Shown here: one piece after another, positions 17,530-24,158 of the stretch
Layout of the letters: each line of letters begins with the position of its first letter
Position numbering within the stretch: the stretch's first letter is position 1
Assembly (NCBI RefSeq): GCF_001457595.1
Contig: NZ_LN831039.1
Location: 4,140,001-4,172,000 of the forward strand
Origin: Mycolicibacterium smegmatis
GTDB taxonomy: Bacteria; Actinomycetota; Actinomycetes; Mycobacteriales; Mycobacteriaceae
Length of the DNA stretch: 32,000 bases
Direction: 5' to 3'
Program-made: the position numbers and the translations under genes
Notes under the pieces: model-generated
Told to the model about the DNA's origin: nothing
Seen by the model: the letters and a program-made list of their open reading frames with translations, nothing else
The model's database searches: none

Positions 17530-18401
17530 CACCTGCACTGACATCCGCATGGCAACCGATCGGTCCGGCCTTGGAACTGGGCGAAGGGGCACGCCTCGTC
17601 GATGGCCAGCTGCTGCACGTCGACCTGCTGAAAGGACGTCTGTTCAGCAGGGATGTGTGCACCGGTGACGTACACCGGCTCGCCGCATTGGATATTCCGC
17701 TGGGCGCCGTCGCTCCGGTGGACGGGCGCGCAGGTGAGTTCATCGCGACGCTGGGTACCGGAATCGGTTTCCTGGCAAAGGGATCCGTCATGCGCGAAGG
17801 GCCGAGTTTCGGTGTTGACGCCACTCGTGTACGAGTGAACGACGGTGCGTGTGATCCCGGTGGAAGATTCTGGGCAGGCGTGATGGCCTACGAACCCTCA
17901 CCCGAGGCCGGCGCGCTGTTCCGCATCGACCGCGACGGCACGATCACCCGTGTCGTCGACGGATTGGCCGTGCCCAATGGCCCAGCTTTCAGTGCATCGG
18001 GAACGGTCATGTATCTGGCCGACAGCGCCGCGGGGCAAATCTACCGGTTCGATGTCGACGAGGCTGGGCACCTCACCGGGCGTGAGGTTTTCGCCACGGT
18101 GGACGGATCACCCGACGGAATGACCGTCGATGCCGAGTCACATCTCTGGACCGCGATCTGGGGAGCAGGTGAAGTGCACCGCTACGCACCCACCGGCGAC
18201 CTCGTGGAGGTCATCCCGGTTCCCGCGCAGCAGCCGACGAGCGTCGCGATCGGCGAGGGGAAGGTGTTTGTCACCTCTGCGACCCACGGGCTGAACCAAC
18301 CGGGGCCCGACGACGGACGGACATTCGCCGCCGACTGTGCCGTTGAGGGTCTGCCCACCTCCGCTTTCAAGCCTGTGACCGGCGGATCGTCCCACGGATG
18401 A
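17526..18401 (+). CDS. SMP-30/gluconolactonase/LRE-family lactonase
   Basis: 'GEGARLVDG', 'NDGACDPGGRFWAG', 'PNGPAFS' and 'PDGMTVD' are beta-propeller lactonase motifs. ATG 17526 overlaps the SDR stop (ATGA). The upstream 180 codons in the ORF track are an out-of-context extension. Confidence 0.8.
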   Translation: MTPALTSAWQPIGPALELGEGARLVDGQLLHVDLLKGRLFSRDVCTGDVHRLAALDIPLGAVAPVDGRAGEFIATLGTGIGFLAKGSVMREGPSFGVDATRVRVNDGACDPGGRFWAGVMAYEPSPEAGALFRIDRDGTITRVVDGLAVPNGPAFSASGTVMYLADSAAGQIYRFDVDEAGHLTGREVFATVDGSPDGMTVDAESHLWTAIWGAGEVHRYAPTGDLVEVIPVPAQQPTSVAIGEGKVFVTSATHGLNQPGPDDGRTFAADCAVEGLPTSAFKPVTGGSSHG

Positions 18402-18403
18402 TG

Positions 18404-18424
18404 AGGCGCCGAACGAGTGCGCCT
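18404..18424. terminator. weak hairpin (AGGCGC-n9-GCGCCT) between convergent genes
   Basis: A 6-bp GC stem read from the sequence. It lies in the 62-bp gap between the lactonase stop (18401) and the PucR-type regulator stop (18464). No U-tract. Confidence 0.25.
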
Positions 18425-18463
18425 GCGGGGCCGAGATCCGTTGTCGACCAGTCATTCCAGGCG

Positions 18464-19912
18464 CTACTCGCCCTCGGGATTGCTGTCGAGTGAGAACATC
18501 GCCAACGCGGTGAAGATGTTCATCCTCTTGGCGGGATCGTTGAGGAACTGCCCGGTGATGGACTCGATGCGGTTGATGCGCGCGCGCAACGTGTTCGGAT
18601 GGATGAACAACTTTCGGGCCGACTCGGTGATGTTGCAGTCGGTCGCACGCAGCGTGCGCAGGATCCGGCGTTGGTCGAGAGCGTCAGGGGTGTCGTCGGC
18701 GACCGATCCGAGCGTTTCGGTGACGAAACCGCGCCGGGCGTGTTCGGGCAGCTGGTAAAGGAGGCCGAGGATGCCGAGATCGCGATAGCGTGTCACGCGG
18801 TTGACGCCGCCCACACGTCGCCCGACGGCGACCGCCCGCTGGGCCTGTCGGAAAGCACCCGGATAACTGCGGGGTGCGGTCACCTCGTCGCTCGCTCCGA
18901 TGACCAATGGTGTGCGCACCGCCCGATACAGGCCACGCGACATGATGTCCAACCCGACCGCCGCGTTCACCATCATCACCACCGCACCCTCGTGCACGAT
19001 CGTGATCGCGTCACGGTCGGTGCGCCTCGCCAACGGCTCAAGATCGCTTCGCAGTTGCTGTATGCCCGCCATGGTCACGGCAACACCGAACGGCTCGATC
19101 ACCAGGCACACCAACGGATGCCGGGGAAACATCGACAGTCGGCGGGATCTGCGTAGGGTGGCTTCGCGCGCCACCAGGTCCTCACCGAGGATGGTCTTGA
19201 GATTGCGGGCTGCCTCGGCCGTGGTCTCGTCGTGTTCGGTGTCGCGCAACCGCAGGTGCAGGCGCATCACCGGAATCAGCAGCTCGACGAGTTCGGTCTC
19301 TTCCGGGGTCAGCGCGCTGTCCCGGCGTATCTCGAGCCATGCCGAGCGTCCCCCACTGACGACAGGAAACCCCGCGGTGCCCGCTCCGTTCGTCGGACGA
19401 TCGAGCAGTCGTACCGTCGCATCGAGCGCGCCGCCCAGTTCGTCGAGCAGACGGCTGAGGTCGTCCGCCGCGCCCAGCAGATCGGCCGGCACCGTGAAGC
19501 CCTTACGGGCAGCGCGGGTGGTGTGAGCCATCTGCATGAGCTTGTCGATCTGCGCTCGAACGTCATCAACCGGTGCGGCCTCCATCACCCACAACAGCGC
19601 CACGCCGTGGCGACGGGCGTGCGCAACCACCGGCCGGGGCGGGTTGACCGGCCGTGATGGGGTGATGACCACCGCGGCGGGGCGTTTGGCCAGCAACGGC
19701 TCAAGCGTCGTGAGCAGGTTCGGTAGCGGGCCGTTCGGGCGATGTGGCGCCCAGTCGAGGACCACCAGCGCGCCGTCGAGCGACGCTGCGTCGGAGGCGC
19801 GTTCGGCGTCCATCACGGATTGGACGGCCACGGTCGGATCGTACGGCGGTGCCGCGATCTGCGCTCCGATGGCCGCACCGATTTCGGCAAGCGTGGGACC
19901 CACACTTCCCAC
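18464..19912 (-). CDS. PucR/CdaR-family transcriptional regulator (N-terminal PucR domain, C-terminal HTH)
   Basis: C-terminus 'NITESARKLFIHPNTLRARINRIESITG' is a PucR HTH. The N-terminus 'PTLAEIGAAIGAQIAAPP...VQSV...LDGALVVL' aligns by eye with the PucR N-domain. That alignment favours GTG 19912 (or GTG 19903) as the start, rather than the 680-aa track ORF, which overlaps the oxygenase gene. Confidence 0.75.
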   Translation of the reverse strand: MGSVGPTLAEIGAAIGAQIAAPPYDPTVAVQSVMDAERASDAASLDGALVVLDWAPHRPNGPLPNLLTTLEPLLAKRPAAVVITPSRPVNPPRPVVAHARRHGVALLWVMEAAPVDDVRAQIDKLMQMAHTTRAARKGFTVPADLLGAADDLSRLLDELGGALDATVRLLDRPTNGAGTAGFPVVSGGRSAWLEIRRDSALTPEETELVELLIPVMRLHLRLRDTEHDETTAEAARNLKTILGEDLVAREATLRRSRRLSMFPRHPLVCLVIEPFGVAVTMAGIQQLRSDLEPLARRTDRDAITIVHEGAVVMMVNAAVGLDIMSRGLYRAVRTPLVIGASDEVTAPRSYPGAFRQAQRAVAVGRRVGGVNRVTRYRDLGILGLLYQLPEHARRGFVTETLGSVADDTPDALDQRRILRTLRATDCNITESARKLFIHPNTLRARINRIESITGQFLNDPAKRMNIFTALAMFSLDSNPEGE

Positions 19913-19960
19913 ACCGTGTTCGGGTGCACCTGTGTGCTGCACTTGAGGCAGAGTAACGGT
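19913..19960. promoter_or_regulatory. 48-bp back-to-back control region between the PucR-type regulator and oxygenase 1
   Basis: Contains GTGCA-n9-TGCAC (19924-19942). The 8-bp inverted repeat CACACCGT (19910-19917) / ACGGTGTG (19956-19963) has outer triplets that are the two proposed GTG start codons. Confidence 0.4.
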
Positions 19961-20950
19961 GTGTTGTCCATTCCGCCGGTCGACCTCATTGAAGCTGCCG
20001 CAGACCCGGCCTCGCGTCGGCGACAGTTCGAGCTCCTGGATGCCGCATTCTCCGAGGTCGGGTACGTCCACGTCGTCGGCCATCGGATCCCGTCTTCGGT
20101 GTTCACCGAGCTCTACGCCGTCACGCGGCGCTTCTTCGGTCTCCCGGCGGAGGAGAAGAGCAAGGTAGCGCAGCCGACACCTGAGCAGGTGCGCGGATGG
20201 TCCGGGGCCGGCTCGGAGGGTATGGCCTATTCCCTGGGGGAAGAAACGCACGCCGACCTCAAGGAGAAGATGGACATCGGCCCTGTGACGGGGCCCACCA
20301 TCGGGCAACCGGGCGCCGGGCCGATGGCATACCTGAACCTGTGGCCGGAGCTGCCGGAGTTCCGGACGGCGTGGGAGTGCTACTACCAGCACATGCAACG
20401 GGTGGGCGCCGAACTGCTGGCCTTGGCCGCCGAGGGATTCGGACTGAGCCGGCAGCATTTCGTGCCGTTGTTCGACGCCGAGTTGAGCATGCTTCGCGCA
20501 CTGCACTTTCCGCCGCAGCCCGAGCCGCCCCTACCCCATCAATTCCGTGCCGGTATTCACACCGACTACGGCGCCTTCACCGTGGTCTCCGCCGAATCGA
20601 CACCAGGAGGGTTGCAGGTCCTCGAGGCTGACGGTGAGTGGTTGGAGGTGAACACCACCCCGGCCACGCTGGTGGTGCTGGTCGGGGATCTGCTCGCGGA
20701 GTGGACGGGAAATCACTGGCCGGCGACGTTGCACCGCACGGCCAATCCTCCGCGGTCGGTGGCGTTCGAGAACTCAAGGCTGGCGTTCGCGTTCTACCAG
20801 CATCCGAACTGGGATGTCGAGGTTGCGGAGTTGTCACCGTTCGCCGGTGGTGCGGCCCACGCGACGGACGACGCGCTGGTCTCCGGCAGGCACCTGGCCG
20901 AGAAGTACGTCAGGCAGACGACGTTCGGGACCTCGGATCCCACCGTCTGA
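19961..20950 (+). CDS. 2OG-Fe(II) oxygenase, isopenicillin-N-synthase-like family, paralog 1
   Basis: N-terminus 'VLSIPPVDL' (DIOX_N style), 'HTDYGAFTV' (HxD), 'ATLHRT' (distal His) and 'NSRLAFAFYQHP'. GTG 19961. Confidence 0.8.
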   Translation: MLSIPPVDLIEAAADPASRRRQFELLDAAFSEVGYVHVVGHRIPSSVFTELYAVTRRFFGLPAEEKSKVAQPTPEQVRGWSGAGSEGMAYSLGEETHADLKEKMDIGPVTGPTIGQPGAGPMAYLNLWPELPEFRTAWECYYQHMQRVGAELLALAAEGFGLSRQHFVPLFDAELSMLRALHFPPQPEPPLPHQFRAGIHTDYGAFTVVSAESTPGGLQVLEADGEWLEVNTTPATLVVLVGDLLAEWTGNHWPATLHRTANPPRSVAFENSRLAFAFYQHPNWDVEVAELSPFAGGAAHATDDALVSGRHLAEKYVRQTTFGTSDPTV

Positions 20951-21133
20951 CCGGCGACCCGTGTAAACCGCAGCTTTCGGTATGCGACATCCGTGTGATC
21001 GTCTGTTACATACAGGTTTCCGATGTAAGGCGGTGACAGGCTCACCTTTGATCTGGCGGTGATCGCTGCTCTTGTCGGCACGTGTTCTGCGCCGAAAACT
21101 CGTCGTATCCGCTATGAGACGAGGAGCCAACAC
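20951..21133. promoter_or_regulatory. 183-bp spacer between the two oxygenase genes with inverted repeats; possible internal promoter/operator
   Basis: Visibly less GC-rich than its flanks. Contains TTACAT-n11-ATGTAA (21006-21028) and GGTGA-n5-TCACC (21032-21046). GAGGAG SD at 21121-21126. Confidence 0.3.
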
Positions 21134-22147
21134 GTGTCCCAGGACAATTCGGTAGTACCTGTCATCGACATCGCCGCTCTGCACGGCGACGACGAGGCCG
21201 CCATGATTGCGGTCGCCGCAGAACTCGATGCGGCATGTCGGGAGATCGGTTTCTTCCAGATCCGCAACCACGGCATCTCCGAGGACGTGATCGAGGCGAT
21301 GTACCGCACCGCCGACGAGTTCTTCGCATTGCCAGACGAAGAGAAACGCCTCGTCGCACAACCGAGTTCAGATGCGGTACGCGGCTACTCGTCGATCGGC
21401 GAGCAGGCGTTCTCCTACAGCGAGGACGTGCACCAACCGCGGGACCTGCATGAGAAGTTCGACATCGGACCTGTCGACGTCGACCGCGACGACCCTTACT
21501 ACGCCCCTGAGAACGCCGGACCGCACTTCCTGCCCAACCTGTGGCCACAACGGCCCGCCGGCATGGAGGCAGCTTGGACCACCTATTTCCACGCCATGAA
21601 CGACCTCGCCCGAAAATTGATGAGCGCGTTCGCCCTCGGGTTGAGGTTGCCCGCCGACTACTTCGTCGACACCATCGACCGCGACATCAGCATGCTGCGG
21701 GCGATCAATTACCCGCACCTGAACACCCCGCCTCAGCCGGGACAGATGCGCGCGGGTTCGCACACCGATTACGGCAGTCTGACCATCGTGCGTCAGGAAG
21801 CCGCGCCCGGCGGTCTGGAGGTGTTCACCAAGGACGGCGACTGGATATCGGTACCCGTGGTGCCCGACGCCCTCGTGGTGAACATCGGCGATCTGATGGC
21901 GCAGTGGACCAACGACCTGTGGACCTCGACGCGCCACCGTGTGCGCACCCCCGGTCCTGATGCGTCGGGAGACACCCGTCGCATGTCGCTCGTCTTCTTC
22001 CACCAACCCAACTACGACGCCGTCATCGAGACCCTGCCGACGTGTATCACGGCTGACAACCCGCGCCGCTACGATCCCATCACCTCGGGTGATCACCTCA
22101 CCTCGAAGTTCGAGAAGACCATCGCCCTCGCCTCGACAAATGGTTGA
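21134..22147 (+). CDS. 2OG-Fe(II) oxygenase, isopenicillin-N-synthase-like family, paralog 2
   Basis: 'VVPVIDIAAL', 'GFFQIRNHGI', 'HTDYGSLTIV', 'STRHRV' and 'RRMSLVFFHQP' (RxS). GTG 21134 lies 7 nt after GAGGAG. Confidence 0.85.
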   Translation: MSQDNSVVPVIDIAALHGDDEAAMIAVAAELDAACREIGFFQIRNHGISEDVIEAMYRTADEFFALPDEEKRLVAQPSSDAVRGYSSIGEQAFSYSEDVHQPRDLHEKFDIGPVDVDRDDPYYAPENAGPHFLPNLWPQRPAGMEAAWTTYFHAMNDLARKLMSAFALGLRLPADYFVDTIDRDISMLRAINYPHLNTPPQPGQMRAGSHTDYGSLTIVRQEAAPGGLEVFTKDGDWISVPVVPDALVVNIGDLMAQWTNDLWTSTRHRVRTPGPDASGDTRRMSLVFFHQPNYDAVIETLPTCITADNPRRYDPITSGDHLTSKFEKTIALASTNG

Positions 22148-22412
22148 GAGCTTCGAGATCGAACTGCGCCGCTCCGGCCGGGTGGTGACCGTTCCGTCTG
22201 ACCGCACCGCCCTCTCGGCGGTTCGTGACGTGCTGTCGACCGCCGAATTCGACTGTCTGCGCGGCGAATGCGGCGCCTGTGTGGCGAAAGTCCTGGAGGG
22301 CATACCCGACCACAGGGACACCGTGCTCTCCGAGCGTGCCAGGCAGGCAGGCAAACGAATCATTCTGTGCGTCAGCCGTTCCGCCACGCCGCGGCTCGTG
22401 CTCGACCTCTGA
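22140..22412 (+). CDS. stand-alone [2Fe-2S] ferredoxin domain of the phthalate-dioxygenase-reductase/VanB C-terminal type
   Basis: 'FEIELRRSGRVVTV...CLRGECGACVAKVLEGIPDHRDTVLSERA...IILCVSRSATPRLVLDL' has a Cx4Cx2C...C ligand pattern and the 'DHRD...CVSR...LVLDL' tail. ATG 22140 overlaps oxygenase 2 by 8 nt. Confidence 0.7.
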   Translation: MVESFEIELRRSGRVVTVPSDRTALSAVRDVLSTAEFDCLRGECGACVAKVLEGIPDHRDTVLSERARQAGKRIILCVSRSATPRLVLDL

Positions 22413-22421
22413 CGAAAGGCT

Positions 22422-22838
22422 GTGCCCGTGACACCGACCCTGTCGTTCGCGAGTGTGTTCGCTTCCGACATCGAGAAGCTGAGCACGTTCTACGCAGACC
22501 TGCTCGGCCTGCCCGAGGTTACCGAATTGCGCTCCGAGCATTTCCGTGGGCTGCGGATCGGTCCGACCATACTCGGATTCAGTGCGCCGAGTGCCTACGC
22601 CATGCTGAACCTGACGGCACCCGGAGAGGGCGCCGAAGGAGTGGACACCTTCCTCACATTCGAGATGCCGGACGCCGCCACGGTGGACTCCACCACCGCG
22701 GCGGCGGTCGCCGCGGGCGCACGCTGCGTGCGCGAACCAGGCCGGACATATTACGGCGCCTGGCAGTCGGTGCTCCTCGACCCAGAGGGAAATGCATTCC
22801 GCCTCAACTATCTTCCCCTCGAATCCGCTCAGCACTAA
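22422..22838 (+). CDS. VOC-family (glyoxalase/bleomycin-resistance/dioxygenase fold) protein
   Basis: 'FASVFASDIEKLSTFYADLLGL' and 'LLDPEGNAFRL' follow the VOC pattern; about 138 aa. GTG 22422 follows GAAAGG. Confidence 0.65.
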   Translation: MPVTPTLSFASVFASDIEKLSTFYADLLGLPEVTELRSEHFRGLRIGPTILGFSAPSAYAMLNLTAPGEGAEGVDTFLTFEMPDAATVDSTTAAAVAAGARCVREPGRTYYGAWQSVLLDPEGNAFRLNYLPLESAQH

Positions 22839-22847
22839 GGATCCCTC

Positions 22848-24158
22848 ATGTCCATCTTCGACTGGCAAGTCAAAAGCGGTGATTCCGTAGTCGCCCCGCA
22901 CGAGCGGCTGAGTTGGCCGCGCACAACGGGAATCGGCCTGCAGCATGTGGTCGCCATGTTCGGTGCGACCTTCCTGGTGCCGGTTCTCACCGGTTTCCCG
23001 CCGGCCACCACACTGTTGTTTTCGGGTCTCGGCACGATCCTCTTCCTGATCATCACGCAGAACCGCTTGCCCAGCTATCTGGGGTCGAGCTTCGCGATCA
23101 TCGCGCCCACCATCGCCGCGTCGACGTCGCACGGCCCATCAGGTGCGCTCGGTGGCATCGTCATCGTGGGCGCACTGCTCATCCTCATCGGCGCCGTGGT
23201 GCACTTCGCCGGTATCGGCTGGATCGAATCGTTGATGCCGCCGGTGGTGACCGGATCGATCGTGGCGCTCGTCGGGTTCAACCTGGCCCCAGCCGCCAAG
23301 GCCAACTTCGAAGAAGACGCTGTCACCGCCGCGGTCGTGCTGGTGCTCTTGCTGTTGTCACTGGTGGTGTTTCGGGGTCTGCTCGGACGGTTGGCGATCT
23401 TCACCAGCGTGGTGATCGGTTACTTCGTGGCACTGGCCCGCGGCAAGGTCGACACCAGCGCTATCGGCGCCGCGGACTGGGTCGGTCTGCCCGAGTTCAC
23501 CACCCCCACCTTCCATCTGTCGGTGCTGCCGATGTTCATCCCGGTGGTGATGGTGCTGGTCGTCGAGAACATCGGCCACGTCAAGTCGATCACGGCGATG
23601 ACCGGCATCGACAACAACAGCCGAGTGGGTCGCGCGCTGGCCGCCGACGGACTGGCGACGGTTCTGGCAGGTAGCGGCGGCGGTTCGGCCACCACCACGT
23701 ATGCCGAGAACATCGGCGTGATGGCCGCGACCAAGGTGTACTCGACCGCGGCCTACTGGATCGCGGGCCTGGCGGCGATCCTGCTCGGCCTCTCCCCCAA
23801 GGTTGGCGCAGTGATTGCCTCCATCCCACCCGGTGTCCTCGGTGGTGTCACCGTCGCGCTCTACGGCCTGGTCGGGATCCTCGGCGTGCACATCTGGGTG
23901 ACCAACAAGGTCGACTTCTCCAAGCCCATCAACCAGTTCACCGCCGCCATCGCCCTGGTGATCGGAATCGCCGACTTCACCTGGAAGATGGGCGATCTCG
24001 CCTTCGGCGGTATCGCGCTGGGCGCGATCGGCGCGGTGGTCGTCTACCACGTGATGCGGATGATCGGGCAGTGGCGCGGCACCGTGATCATCGATGGTCC
24101 GGCGTCTGATGACGCGGCAGCGCAAGATCTCACGGCGGGTCAGAAGGTGGCGCTCTGA
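22848..24158 (+). CDS. NCS2-family nucleobase:cation symporter (uracil/xanthine permease-like)
   Basis: 'GLQHVVAMFGATFLVPVLTG', 'ENIGH' and 'TTYAENIGVMAATKVYS' are NCS2 signatures. AAGGA SD. Confidence 0.85.
   Translation: MSIFDWQVKSGDSVVAPHERLSWPRTTGIGLQHVVAMFGATFLVPVLTGFPPATTLLFSGLGTILFLIITQNRLPSYLGSSFAIIAPTIAASTSHGPSGALGGIVIVGALLILIGAVVHFAGIGWIESLMPPVVTGSIVALVGFNLAPAAKANFEEDAVTAAVVLVLLLLSLVVFRGLLGRLAIFTSVVIGYFVALARGKVDTSAIGAADWVGLPEFTTPTFHLSVLPMFIPVVMVLVVENIGHVKSITAMTGIDNNSRVGRALAADGLATVLAGSGGGSATTTYAENIGVMAATKVYSTAAYWIAGLAAILLGLSPKVGAVIASIPPGVLGGVTVALYGLVGILGVHIWVTNKVDFSKPINQFTAAIALVIGIADFTWKMGDLAFGGIALGAIGAVVVYHVMRMIGQWRGTVIIDGPASDDAAAQDLTAGQKVAL

Noticed and set aside
19913-20506. N-terminal 198 codons of the 680-aa track ORF for the PucR-type regulator
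   Set aside because: This part overlaps the oxygenase 1 gene on the opposite strand and is Arg/Leu/Pro-rich with no domain. PucR N-domain homology begins only at about 19900. Similar over-extended starts were trimmed for the ORFs at 8069, 7123, 8487, 15704, 16986, 21059, 29261, 31140 and 31936.
21368-23132. Two overlapping minus-strand ORFs of 372 aa and 344 aa
   Set aside because: They are antisense to oxygenase 2, the ferredoxin, the VOC protein and the permease. The translations are Arg-rich and motif-free. Artefacts.
22913-23674. 253-aa alternative-frame ORF inside the NCS2 permease gene
   Set aside because: The translation is Arg/Gly/His-rich. The permease frame carries the NCS2 signatures and a proper SD.
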